Of a stretch of DNA of 64,000 bases, positions 50,203 to 59,759 are shown piece by piece. A program made the position numbers and the translations under genes. Origin of the DNA: Methanobacteriota archaeon (GTDB lineage: Archaea > Thermoplasmatota > Thermoplasmata > SG8-5 > JAGLSY01); the NCBI GenBank assembly GCA_020696385.1, contig JAEHCQ010000004.1, forward strand, positions 96,001 through 160,000, given 5' to 3'. Position 1 is the stretch's first letter; every line of letters begins with the position of its first letter. Below the pieces are notes generated by a model that worked only from the letters and a program-made list of their open reading frames with translations, was not told the origin of the DNA and did no database searches.

Positions 50203-50380
50203 TGCCAGGGCAATCGGCATTACCGAGCGAGCAGGCTTTGGCGAGTTTCTTTTTAGATGTGCGCTTCACGAAGCGCATGCATCTATTTTATCAAGCACAT
50301 GAACTGGGCTTGATTCGATTTGTCCGTCTTTTTTCTTTGTGAGCCAAAGCCAGCACAGCGAGGTTAAAAGAAAAAAGTGG
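50203..50380 (+). mobile_element. Small structured non-coding insert (copy 2) between duplicated DUF362 3' ends
   Basis: Flanked by 53-bp direct repeats 50150-50202 and 50381-50433 (4 mismatches); homologous to 3258-3361. Confidence 0.7.
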
Positions 50381-50433
50381 ATGGGGAGGAAATAGGTCTG
50401 GGTAGTCGAAAATACAAGATAATCGAGGTATGA
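50381..50433 (+). repeat. Displaced second copy of the DUF362 3' end
   Basis: Encodes GEEIGLGSRKYKIIEV* versus GEEIGLGSRKYKIIEI* in the gene. Confidence 0.95.
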
Positions 50434-50453
50434 AATTCAATTCAATTCATTCT

Positions 50454-51152
50454 TCATTCTTCATCCAGCTTTGCCAGCACCTTCTGAAGTCGCTCAGGAT
50501 TATCCGTGATTATACCATCAACTCCCATCAATGTCAGTTTCTTCATCTTGATGGGGCAATTGACCGTCCAAACGAAAATCTGCATCTTGTTTTCGCCAGC
50601 TTCCTTTATCAATTCCGGGCTCACCAGCTTGAACTCTGGAAAAATAGTACTGGCTCCCACTGTCTTGGCAACGGAAGTGATGACGATCTTATTGTCATCA
50701 CTTGAATACCCCGTTCTGGCATTTTTCTTATCCTTCAACTGGGCGATCGCAATACCCTCCTTTGAAGTGAATATGACGCTATCCAGCATATTGTTCTTCT
50801 TGACAAGTTTGTAGGCCGGCATCATCGCGCTCCTGGTCTTGATGTCAAGTACGAGACCGCATTTTCCCTTGGCCTCTTCCAGAGCCTCGGCCAGTGTGGG
50901 AATCTTCTCTTTCCTCTTCACCTTCAACTTGCCCAGTTTGGAGGATTCTGTCTGGCTGAGAAATCCAGATCCATTGGTCATGCGATTGAGCTTCTCGTCG
51001 TGGAATATGACGAGAACATCATCCTTCGATATCCTCACATCCAGCTCGACATAATCTGCTCCGAACTCCAGTGCTTTGTTAATTCCCGCAGTGGTGTTCT
51101 CAGGAGCGAGGCTTCTTGCGCCCCTGTGTCCGATTATGGCTGGTCTTTTCAT
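50454..51152 (-). CDS. Glycerophosphodiester phosphodiesterase
   Basis: IGHRGA...PENT, VELDV..SKD, HD..L.R, WTVN, GIITDNP. Confidence 0.94.
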   Translation of the reverse strand: MKRPAIIGHRGARSLAPENTTAGINKALEFGADYVELDVRISKDDVLVIFHDEKLNRMTNGSGFLSQTESSKLGKLKVKRKEKIPTLAEALEEAKGKCGLVLDIKTRSAMMPAYKLVKKNNMLDSVIFTSKEGIAIAQLKDKKNARTGYSSDDNKIVITSVAKTVGASTIFPEFKLVSPELIKEAGENKMQIFVWTVNCPIKMKKLTLMGVDGIITDNPERLQKVLAKLDEE

Positions 51153-51294
51153 TGAGAGAGATAATATCAGCATTGGATAAAAACAATGTGGGACGATGCA
51201 TGGACAATGCCACCTTCCGCCCCCGCCCTCGAATGCTCATTGAATCCACCCACCCTATAAAGGATAATATTATGGATTTTATTATTTATAAGCT

Positions 51295-51963
51295 TCATTC
51301 TTCAGATGGCTGGCTTTCGATATCTTCCTTATTTTTCACTCGGCTGAAGTACAGGATGATGGCAACAATCGCTCCGCCGATGATAGACGATATTATGATA
51401 AGGGATTCGAGGTTCATTTCCATATTGTTCAATGTGAACGCTCCGGCAATCCCAACTATGAGCCCTCTTGATAGTCCCGCCCAAAAATTTGTCTGGACGA
51501 ACCATTTCATCTCGAAGACCTCTCCGTCCTTATTGAGCAGGGAGAATATGTAGAGGGTGATGGTGTCTGGCATTATTGGAAGGCTTAGAATGAGGTAAAT
51601 GGCAATGTATCCGAACTTCTCGCAGAATCTGGTGAGGAACTCTGTAAGGCCTACAAACCACTTCCACTTGAACCATACTCGAATACTATCTTCGATCTTC
51701 TCTCCAATTATGAAGACCATCCAGCTTCCTACAGCTTTACCCAGACCCATGACCAGGCTTACTATGAAAAAGGCTGGGAAAATAGTTCTGAAGCCCAGGA
51801 ACTCCCCGCCATTTACGATGAAGGGTATGAAACCAGCCAGACCCAGTTCGACAGGGATTGGCAAAATGACTGCAGCTAACACGCAGAATATGAAGAACAA
51901 TAAGAGGTATGTGTATGGATTGTTCATATCCAGCATACCCATCAGATCATCAATGAAGCTCAT
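51295..51963 (-). CDS. Membrane protein, DedA/VTT-like
   Basis: ILPIPVE and LSLPIMPD motifs; several TM helices. Confidence 0.65.
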   Translation of the reverse strand: MSFIDDLMGMLDMNNPYTYLLLFFIFCVLAAVILPIPVELGLAGFIPFIVNGGEFLGFRTIFPAFFIVSLVMGLGKAVGSWMVFIIGEKIEDSIRVWFKWKWFVGLTEFLTRFCEKFGYIAIYLILSLPIMPDTITLYIFSLLNKDGEVFEMKWFVQTNFWAGLSRGLIVGIAGAFTLNNMEMNLESLIIISSIIGGAIVAIILYFSRVKNKEDIESQPSEE

Positions 51964-51965
51964 TA

Positions 51966-52895
51966 TCAATCTCCAATTATTAAGTCCGACCTGTCCTTGC
52001 CAAGTACTAAAACACGGCTTTCGGGAGCTTCATCCAGTATCTGGAAACCCATTTCACGTCCCAGCTTCTCTCCAAATTCCCGAACCTTGTCATACTTTGG
52101 CATATTGGCCATGGTCATTCTCTCTCTGGAATATCCAACATACACATAACCTTTTGGTTCTATGAAGAGAGGATCAGCCATTTTATCCAAGTGAGCGTAT
52201 TCCTTTTCCCATCCTATGTTCCATCCATCCACAAGGGTATGCCGAATGACTGTCCGGGTATCGAGGCTGGCCATAATCTCCAGGCTCTTCTGCAATCTCT
52301 CCCAACCGTCTTTCACAAGAGGCACGCATAATCTCTTGTAGATCTCCCTGGTCGGGGCTGCAACCGTGATATAAAGTTGGGTGGGAAGGGGGTCTAATTT
52401 CTCCAGAACCTCTGGTTGGATGCCATTGCTGACGACAAAAGTCGTCATATTTCGCTTGTGACATTCTTCAATGAACTCTCCCAATCGGGAATAAAGAGTG
52501 GGTTCTCCTGACAATGATATCGCTACCTGTTTTGGCTCAAAGGCCTCTTTCCAGATCTCGGGACTGCACCTTGCATCTCCCTTGTAGCCCGTGATGAGCT
52601 TTCTCTGCCCTTCTATGCAGCCATCCAGTATCTCAATGGGATCATCCTCGTTCGGTATGGCCAGTTCATTCATCCCCTGGAATCTCCAGCAGAAAAGGCA
52701 ATTGTGTGTGCAATGGGAAACAGTAGGTGTCATCTGGAGACATCGGTGAGATTCAATGCCATAGAACCTCTCCTTGTAGCAAGGTCTATCCCTGAGAAGT
52801 TTTTCACCCATCCAGTGGCAGAGCTTGACACCACTGTGCTCTCCCACGACATGATAATGCTGTTTCTCCAATATCCTCTTCATATCATCATTCAT
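51966..52895 (-). CDS. taw1: 4-demethylwyosine synthase (radical SAM)
   Basis: HSGVKLCHW, CYK..FYGI.SHRCLQMTP, CxxxCxxC, AISLSGEPT. Confidence 0.96.
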   Translation of the reverse strand: MNDDMKRILEKQHYHVVGEHSGVKLCHWMGEKLLRDRPCYKERFYGIESHRCLQMTPTVSHCTHNCLFCWRFQGMNELAIPNEDDPIEILDGCIEGQRKLITGYKGDARCSPEIWKEAFEPKQVAISLSGEPTLYSRLGEFIEECHKRNMTTFVVSNGIQPEVLEKLDPLPTQLYITVAAPTREIYKRLCVPLVKDGWERLQKSLEIMASLDTRTVIRHTLVDGWNIGWEKEYAHLDKMADPLFIEPKGYVYVGYSRERMTMANMPKYDKVREFGEKLGREMGFQILDEAPESRVLVLGKDRSDLIIGD

Positions 52896-52912
52896 TTTTT
52901 ATCTCCTGATCT

Positions 52913-54346
52913 TCAAAAATCAAAAAGGTTCTTCTGAGCTGGCTTCACAACGATCTCTGGCTTTTCTTCCTCTTCCTGCTCATCTTCCTGTGATTCATCC
53001 ACTTCACTATGTTTGGTTCGGGCCTTTGCCGAGTTTTGTTTCTTTTTGTTAATCTCATCAAACACATTCTTCACAGGATGAGAATCCGGCTTCTGGCCAA
53101 GCAAGAAACCTACCTCATATTCTCCCAATGAAAGAGATTCTGTCATCTTCAAGCAGAATTCCCTATCTGTATTGAACAGTAGCTTGAAATAAGGTAGCTG
53201 GTCTTGAAGTGCCTGCTCCTTGGAGATATGTGTGAGCTTTCCCAGTTTATTGCCTATGGAATTTCTCACCTCTCGCGTTCCTTTAGATCGTGACATATTG
53301 GTGAGCCAGCTTGGAAATTTATAGCTGACATATCCTCGATATTCTCTGGTCTTTGATAGGGAAACCCCGGCACTCATCATGTCTGAAGAATATTTCCACA
53401 ATCCATAATATTGCCTTCTCCTAACTCGTCCCAGATATATGTCTGCCTTGGAGACTGCGTCATAGGCTCTCATCCTGTCATCCGAGAGTGAATAAGATAC
53501 TGGTATGTTCTCATCTATCCATAATATAGTAAAGTTCGGATCCTCGTCAAGATCCATGAGTGCATCACGTGAAGCCTTGCAATTATTTGTCCTAAAGACC
53601 TTTGCCATACCCTGAAATATGGTGCTCTTCTGATCTCTTCCTCCCAGAGCCAGCACATCTCTTTCGGTCAATTTATCTTTACCTTCCACAAGTGATTGAA
53701 GGTCATTTACCGCTCCTCTGATATCACCTTCACATCTTTTGGAGATCGCTTTTATCGCATCCGGGCTGGCGTCGACCTTCTCTTTCTGCGCTATCCCCCT
53801 GAGCAATTTGGCAATGGAAGCTGGTTGTGGTTTTCGGTATTGTATCTGCAATGCCTTGCTGGATATCACGGATGATCTTCGTTTTAATGAATAGAAATCA
53901 TTGACTATGAGGATAACTGGCTGTTTGGTGTTTGAGATAAGCTCTCCCATGGCCTTGATGCCCCCACGATCCTCCTTGCCGAAAACATTGTCTGCCTCAT
54001 CAAGTATTATCAGTTTTCTGCCGCCTTCTTTGCTGGTGGAATATTCTCCAGTATCTGTGAAGGTGTCCCACATCGCACCAAGGCCAGCTATGCTCTTTAT
54101 GGCATTGGCATTTCTGGAATCCGATGCATTCAATTCCACCACCTGCCACCCATATTCGTGAGCCACTGCATGAGCACTGGTGGTCTTCCCTATCCCGGGT
54201 TCTCCAATGAGTATTGCCGCCCTGTGCTTTTTAGGTATGCCATTTTCCCAGGAATTTGCCCAGGTCTTCAGCTTCGACACTGCTTCTGAATTGCCAATGA
54301 TGCCATCAAAGCCCTTTGGCCTGTGTTTTTCAGTCCAATCATGCAT
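52913..54346 (-). CDS. rfcL: Replication factor C large subunit
   Basis: WTEKHRP, G.PGIGKT, ELNASD, DEAD; C-terminal PIP box QKNLFDF. Confidence 0.96.
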   Translation of the reverse strand: MHDWTEKHRPKGFDGIIGNSEAVSKLKTWANSWENGIPKKHRAAILIGEPGIGKTTSAHAVAHEYGWQVVELNASDSRNANAIKSIAGLGAMWDTFTDTGEYSTSKEGGRKLIILDEADNVFGKEDRGGIKAMGELISNTKQPVILIVNDFYSLKRRSSVISSKALQIQYRKPQPASIAKLLRGIAQKEKVDASPDAIKAISKRCEGDIRGAVNDLQSLVEGKDKLTERDVLALGGRDQKSTIFQGMAKVFRTNNCKASRDALMDLDEDPNFTILWIDENIPVSYSLSDDRMRAYDAVSKADIYLGRVRRRQYYGLWKYSSDMMSAGVSLSKTREYRGYVSYKFPSWLTNMSRSKGTREVRNSIGNKLGKLTHISKEQALQDQLPYFKLLFNTDREFCLKMTESLSLGEYEVGFLLGQKPDSHPVKNVFDEINKKKQNSAKARTKHSEVDESQEDEQEEEEKPEIVVKPAQKNLFDF

Positions 54347-54532
54347 TCCAATCCTCTAATCAATAGGCTTCTAAATACATTTGCCTTGTTTGTAATATTC
54401 TGTGATGCCAGCCCCTCTTTATTATCAATCTTTTTTCTTTATCTTTATATATAATATAGTTTCAACGGTCACGTTTATATACAAGTATGTATTCCTCAGC
54501 ATACTTCCCAGAAGCAAAAAATATACTGGAGG

Positions 54533-55018
54533 GTGACATTGGCAGATAATAAGAAACCTACGGACATTGAGAAAGACGATGATTTCAAGTACATATTGAG
54601 GTTATCTGGTAACGATATAGACGGCGAGAAGCCAGCTTTTATCGCGCTTACGGATCTCACAGGAATCGGGACACGTATCTCAGAGATATTGATAGAAAGA
54701 TTGGGATATCCCCACGCCAAACAGATCGGACACATGACCGATGAGGATATTGAAAAGCTCGAGGAGATGTTGGATAACCTCGAGGAGAATGTCCCGATAT
54801 GGTTACTCAACAGAAGAAAAGATTGGGAATCAGGCGAAGATCTCCACCTTTATGGTATGGAGCTCGAGCAAACTAATAAAGATGACATTAACAGGATGAG
54901 AATGACCCGTTGCTACAAAGGAGTAAGGCATGACACGGGCCAGAAAGTCAGAGGTCAGAGAACCAGATCCAATGGAAGGAAAGGGTTGACACTTGGCGTA
55001 TCCAAGAAAAGAGGCTAA
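54533..55018 (+). CDS. rps13: 30S ribosomal protein S13 (uS13)
   Basis: PIWLLNRRKD and YKGVRH..GQKVRGQRTRSNGR. Confidence 0.96.
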   Translation: MTLADNKKPTDIEKDDDFKYILRLSGNDIDGEKPAFIALTDLTGIGTRISEILIERLGYPHAKQIGHMTDEDIEKLEEMLDNLEENVPIWLLNRRKDWESGEDLHLYGMELEQTNKDDINRMRMTRCYKGVRHDTGQKVRGQRTRSNGRKGLTLGVSKKRG

Positions 55019-55027
55019 TTGAGGTGA

Positions 55028-55894
55028 GTGATTTTGGGAGACCCTAAGTTCAGTAGAAGACGGTATGCTACACCATCCCATCCTTGGCAAAAGGAAAGGA
55101 TAGATGAAGAGAATGAGTTAATCAAAAAGTATGGCCTCAAAAACAAGAAGGAACTTTGGAAGGCACAGTCCCTCCTGAGAAACTTCAGACAGAGATCCAG
55201 GATCCTTCAGGCTCAGATCAGATACGGTAACAAACAAGCTGAGAAGGAAAGAGATCAGCTCCTTGGAAGGCTAGAGCGTGCTGGAATCCTTGGAAGCGAA
55301 GGTTCACTGGATGATGTTCTTGCATTGGATGTTGAAGCCGTACTTACAAGAAGATTGCAGACCCTGGCATACATGAAGGGACTGAGCAACAGTGCGAAGC
55401 AATCCCGTCAATTCATTGTTCACGGACATGTGTCCATCGGTGATAGAAAGGTAACTATTCCCGGATACCTAGTCAAGAGGACCGAAGAGGAATCTATTGA
55501 ATATCTATTGAGCTCACCGATCGCAAATGACATGCATCCAGCCAGACCAAAGGATGAATTGGAACTGGCCGAGCAGAAGAGACAGCAGGAAGAGGCAGCC
55601 AAGGCCGCTGCAGCGCCTGCGGTGGAGCCTACACCGGAAGGTGCAGTTGCTCCAGCAGAGGCACCAGCTGAAGTCGCTCCGGCCGATGCTAAACCAGCTG
55701 AGGCAAAGCCCGCAGAGGTTAAGCCAGCAGAACCAAAGGCAGAAGCAGCCCCAGCAAAGGAAAAGCCTGCAGAGGTTAAGCCAGCAGAACCAAAGGCAGA
55801 AGCAGCCCCAGCAAAGGAAAAGCCTGCAGAGAAAGCTCCTCCAGTTGAGGAGAAGCCAGTCAAAGAAGATAAACCAAAGGAGGCCAAAGAATGA
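55028..55894 (+). CDS. rps4: 30S ribosomal protein S4 (uS4) with long Ala/Pro/Glu/Lys tail
   Basis: GDPK...[27 protein letters not shown]; true start may be the TTG at 55034. Confidence 0.96.
   Translation: MILGDPKFSRRRYATPSHPWQKERIDEENELIKKYGLKNKKELWKAQSLLRNFRQRSRILQAQIRYGNKQAEKERDQLLGRLERAGILGSEGSLDDVLALDVEAVLTRRLQTLAYMKGLSNSAKQSRQFIVHGHVSIGDRKVTIPGYLVKRTEEESIEYLLSSPIANDMHPARPKDELELAEQKRQQEEAAKAAAAPAVEPTPEGAVAPAEAPAEVAPADAKPAEAKPAEVKPAEPKAEAAPAKEKPAEVKPAEPKAEAAPAKEKPAEKAPPVEEKPVKEDKPKEAKE
55712..55825 (+). repeat. Exact 57-bp tandem duplication in the rps4 tail
   Basis: [19 protein letters not shown] twice, identical at nucleotide level. Confidence 0.93.
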
Positions 55895-56274
55895 CCAAAT
55901 GGGCCCTAGCACATATATTCGCATCTTACAACAACGTATTGATAACATTGACCGACCCAACCGGTGCAGAGACTATCACAAAATGCACAGGCGGTATGGT
56001 GGTCAAGTCCCAGAAGGATGAGTCATCTCCATACGCAGCCATGAAGGCAGCGGAGATGATCGCAGATATCGCAAAGGAGAGGGGCATCGACAGTGTTCAT
56101 GTCCGTGTAAGAGCTCCAGGCGGTAACAAGGATCTTTCTCCTGGACCCGGCGCACAGGCCGCAATAAGGGCACTGGCAAGGGCAGGACTTAGAATTGGCA
56201 GGATAGAAGATGTCACCCCTATCCCACATGACGGAACCAAGAAAAAGGGCGGCAGACGTGGAAGAAGGGTGTAA
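55891..56274 (+). CDS. rps11: 30S ribosomal protein S11 (uS11)
   Basis: [37 protein letters not shown]. Confidence 0.97.
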   Translation: MTKWALAHIFASYNNVLITLTDPTGAETITKCTGGMVVKSQKDESSPYAAMKAAEMIADIAKERGIDSVHVRVRAPGGNKDLSPGPGAQAAIRALARAGLRIGRIEDVTPIPHDGTKKKGGRRGRRV

Positions 56275-56278
56275 TCAA

Positions 56279-57343
56279 ATGGATATCAAGATCATTGATG
56301 TTAGAGATGATTTCATCAAATTCGTTGTATCTGGAGTCGATTTCAGCTTTGTGAATTCCATCAGAAGGGCATTGTTAGCCGATATCCCGAAGATGGCCAT
56401 AGAGGACGTTGAGATTCATCTTGGTGCAATAAGTGACGAGGAGGGAAAGACCTATGAGAGCACGACCCCCCTCTTTGATGAGATAATCGCCCACAGAATG
56501 GGTCTCATACCTATTCCTACCGATCTTGAGATGCTTGGTTTCAAGGACGAGTGTGAATGCGATGGTGAGGGATGTATCAGCTGCAGCATAATGTACTCAC
56601 TTAACAAGAGGGGACCATGTACTGTTTACTCAGGTGACCTTGAGCCACTGGGTGATGCCACTCTTAGACCAAAGGATGCCAAGATACCAATAGTCAAACT
56701 TACAGAGGATGAGGGGATCCTCATATATGCAACTGCAGTAATGGGAATTGCCAAAACACATGCCAAATGGCAGGGTATCCACGGCGCAGGTTACAAATTA
56801 TATCCAAAGGTTGACATCGATTACAAGAAATGTGACAATGGCGGAGGATGCATATCCATCTGCCCAGTCAATATCTTCGTGAAGGATGGAAAGAAGGTCA
56901 AGATAGCCAATCCAGAGAACTGCACCATGTGTAAAAGCTGTATTGAAGTTTGCGAGCTGGATGCAGTAAAGATCGGCTATGAGGACGATAAGTTCATATT
57001 CAGATTCGAGACAGATGGTTCGCTCTATGCAAAGGATGCGCTTCTCTATGCATTAGCTCACCTGGGAGCGTCCTTCGAGGAAGTGATCGACCTCGTTGAC
57101 ACCATGAAGCCAAAGGATTACAAACCCATCGAGCCCGTGAAGTTGGCCATTGATGATGAGGAAGGTCCTGAAGGCGTGGCATATATTCCAGCAGACGAAA
57201 GTACTCATACTCCTGAAGAGGAACCTGTTGAGGAAGAGCCAGTGGTAGAAGAACCTGTCGAGGAAGAGAAGCCAAAGAAGAAGGCAGCTGCCAAGAAGAC
57301 CACCAAAAAGGCACCTGCAAAGAAGGCAGCCAAGAAAAAGTAA
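56279..57343 (+). CDS. rpoD: DNA-directed RNA polymerase subunit D (Rpo3) with ferredoxin-like domain and acidic/basic tail
   Basis: NSIRR, DEIIAHRMGLIP, HAKW, Fe-S cysteine motifs, FETDGSL. Confidence 0.95.
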   Translation: MDIKIIDVRDDFIKFVVSGVDFSFVNSIRRALLADIPKMAIEDVEIHLGAISDEEGKTYESTTPLFDEIIAHRMGLIPIPTDLEMLGFKDECECDGEGCISCSIMYSLNKRGPCTVYSGDLEPLGDATLRPKDAKIPIVKLTEDEGILIYATAVMGIAKTHAKWQGIHGAGYKLYPKVDIDYKKCDNGGGCISICPVNIFVKDGKKVKIANPENCTMCKSCIEVCELDAVKIGYEDDKFIFRFETDGSLYAKDALLYALAHLGASFEEVIDLVDTMKPKDYKPIEPVKLAIDDEEGPEGVAYIPADESTHTPEEEPVEEEPVVEEPVEEEKPKKKAAAKKTTKKAPAKKAAKKK

Positions 57344-57386
57344 GCTTCTCGATATCTCATATAATAAGATCATAAATAGACGCAAA

Positions 57387-57458
57387 GCCGCTGTGGCTAA
57401 GGGGTATAGCGATTCATTGGTAATGAATAGGTCGTGGGTTCAATTCCCATCAGCGGCT
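57387..57458 (+). tRNA. tRNA-Thr(GGT)
   Basis: GCCGCTG/CAGCGGC acceptor, ATTCA-TT-GGT-AA-TGAAT arm, GGTTCAATTCC. Confidence 0.95.
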
Positions 57459-57469
57459 CTTTGCATTTT

Positions 57470-57658
57470 TTAGTATAGCTGATGTGGAATTGAACCAAGC
57501 CCGTGAATGCATGATATTATTGTACTGGCTTAATGTAAGGGCGCAGGTTGAAATTTCGTTTGTAAACATTTAATCTGTAGTAAATTTCAATATTGGCTCT
57601 TGTTTAGGGCTCCTTATTATTTTATTAGTGTTAGCTGATGGAAATTGAATCAAGCCCG
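57470..57658 (+). repeat. Two ~34-bp imperfect direct repeats antisense to the tRNA-Thr 3' end, flanking ~120 bp
   Basis: TAGCTGATGTGGAATTGAACCAAGCCCG and TAGCTGATGGAAATTGAATCAAGCCCG versus the tRNA reverse complement GCTGATGGGAATTGAACC. Confidence 0.8.
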
Positions 57659-57692
57659 AAAGTGTTTTAACTTACTCCCCAATCCCCAGGCA

Positions 57693-59705
57693 ATGAAAGT
57701 CAAGACCCAAATGTCCAATTTCGATATTTTCACCTTCGTTAGAGAGAGCCAGGATTATATCGGCATGCAGGTGGAGAAAGTATTCCAGATGTCCTATACC
57801 GAGGTCTGGGTTCGCTTTTCTTCCAAAGGCAAAAAAGCGACATTGGTCATCAAGCTGGGTAAGGCTTTATGGTTCGAAGACGAGTATTTGAAATCCGATG
57901 TGCAACCACCGAACTTCGCCATGCTGCTCAGGAAACATCTGGGCAAAAAGAGGCTTAATTCCATAAGCCAGCATGGCTTTGACAGGATCGTCGTTATGGA
58001 GTTCGGAGCTGATAATCAATTTAAGCTAATAATCGAGGGCTTCGGCAAGGGTAATATTATCCTGGTCGAGGATGATGAGATAATAAAGCCTATGACATCC
58101 AAATCATGGAGGCACAGGGATGTCAAGGCAGGAGCAATTTACAAATTCCCACCAGAGGGCATAAATCCTCTGGATCTGGAAATGGAGGATGTGGAAGAAA
58201 TGATATCTGGTTCGAACAGGGATATAGTTCGAACTTTAGCCACGCAGACCAACCTCGGCGGTAGTTACGCCGAGGAGATATGCGAATATATGGGTCTTGA
58301 TAAGGATATGAAGGCGAGTGATGTGGATGAAATCCAGATGGCCAGTATAAAAGAGGCCATCGATACCCTGATCTCCAGGCTGGATGCTCCATTCCCCGTG
58401 ATAAAATACGATGATGGTGAAGTTGTGGATTTCCTTCCCCTCGCCCTTCAGGATCTCTCGGATAGGGAATACAGGACCTTTGATTCCTTCAATCTGACAC
58501 TGAAGGAATATTTCTCATCTCTTCCGGATATTTTGAATGTCGAGGACGAGGATTATGTGTCTCCCGAGACCCAGCGCCTTGAAAGACAGGCCGAGCATCA
58601 GACCGAGGCCATTGAGCAGATGGAATTTGATATTGTGGAATACCAGCGCCTGGGTGACCTCGTATATGCTGACTATGCCCGGTTCGATAAGATACTGACA
58701 ACCACTAAGGCCATTCTGGATGAAAAGGGATGGAAGGCGTCCAAGGCCGAGCTGGAAAAATGGGATAAGATAGTTTCCTTTGATCCCGAGTCTGGCATTC
58801 TGACACTGAAGCTGGAAGATGATTCCCATGTTTCATTGGATGTCAGAAACAATGTGAATGACAATGCCGGATTCCAGTACCATAAATCCAAGAGATCGAG
58901 GAAGAGACTTGCAGGGGCACAGGAAGCTCTGGATGAGACTCTCAAAATGCTTAAAAGGACCATGAAAGACGATTTCAAAAAGACTGTCGCCCGTAAAAAA
59001 TCACCAACCCGTCAGATGTGGTTCGATAGGTATCGCTGGTTCCTGTCGAGCGAAGGTTTCCTGATCGTGGGTGGGCGTGATGCCAGGTCCAATGACAAGG
59101 TGGTGAAGAAACACCTGAAGGATGATAGCATATATTCTCATGCGGATATTCATGGAGCTCCCAGTATCATTGTTATGAAGGGGCGTGATGCTGGTGAGGA
59201 CACTCTCCTGGAAGCTTGTGAGTTCGGAGTTTGCAATTCAAAAGCATGGAAGGCCAAGCTGGCCAGTGGCAATGCTTTTTGGGTCAAGCCCGATCAGGTA
59301 AGCAAGACCGCTCAGCCCGGTGAGTTCCTCGCGAGGGGGGCCTTCATGATAAGAGGCAAGAGGAATATCCACAATAAGCTGGATTTGAAGCTGGGCATTG
59401 GGGAGATATTGTTCGAGGGCGAGCGTAAGATAATGTGTGGCCCGATAAGCGCGATAAAGGCTCACGCGTCGGATTTCTACGAGATCATACCTGGCGATCT
59501 CAATTCAAACACATTTGCCAAAAAGGTATCCGATCATTACAATGTGCCGATAGAGGAGATTAGTAGAATATTACCTCCAGGGGATGTACAGGTAGTTCGT
59601 GAACCATCTGCAATAAAGGTCGATCCAGATCCTGTGATAGATCCAGAAATTGATTCCGATTCAGAGATTGATCCTGATCCCGAGATCGATCATGATATAG
59701 AATAG
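57693..59705 (+). CDS. rqcH: Ribosome quality-control protein RqcH/Rqc2 (NFACT family)
   Basis: FAMLLRKHL, FDRI, GNIIL, WFDRYRWF.SS.G, GGRDA..ND, HADIHGAP, GAFMIRGKRN. Confidence 0.93.
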   Translation: MKVKTQMSNFDIFTFVRESQDYIGMQVEKVFQMSYTEVWVRFSSKGKKATLVIKLGKALWFEDEYLKSDVQPPNFAMLLRKHLGKKRLNSISQHGFDRIVVMEFGADNQFKLIIEGFGKGNIILVEDDEIIKPMTSKSWRHRDVKAGAIYKFPPEGINPLDLEMEDVEEMISGSNRDIVRTLATQTNLGGSYAEEICEYMGLDKDMKASDVDEIQMASIKEAIDTLISRLDAPFPVIKYDDGEVVDFLPLALQDLSDREYRTFDSFNLTLKEYFSSLPDILNVEDEDYVSPETQRLERQAEHQTEAIEQMEFDIVEYQRLGDLVYADYARFDKILTTTKAILDEKGWKASKAELEKWDKIVSFDPESGILTLKLEDDSHVSLDVRNNVNDNAGFQYHKSKRSRKRLAGAQEALDETLKMLKRTMKDDFKKTVARKKSPTRQMWFDRYRWFLSSEGFLIVGGRDARSNDKVVKKHLKDDSIYSHADIHGAPSIIVMKGRDAGEDTLLEACEFGVCNSKAWKAKLASGNAFWVKPDQVSKTAQPGEFLARGAFMIRGKRNIHNKLDLKLGIGEILFEGERKIMCGPISAIKAHASDFYEIIPGDLNSNTFAKKVSDHYNVPIEEISRILPPGDVQVVREPSAIKVDPDPVIDPEIDSDSEIDPDPEIDHDIE

Positions 59706-59759
59706 ATCAATAATAATTCATTTAACTGTTTGGTCAGTATTCAGTATATTAATCGTAGA

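Noticed and set aside
51188-51262. C-rich tract sharing CTTCCGCCC and CCCTATA with the reverse complement of 22916-22938
   Set aside because: Matches are too short to establish a repeat family by eye.
57387-57660. attL/attR of an integrated element at tRNA-Thr
   Set aside because: The tRNA-like copies are inverted rather than direct, and no integrase or cargo follows.
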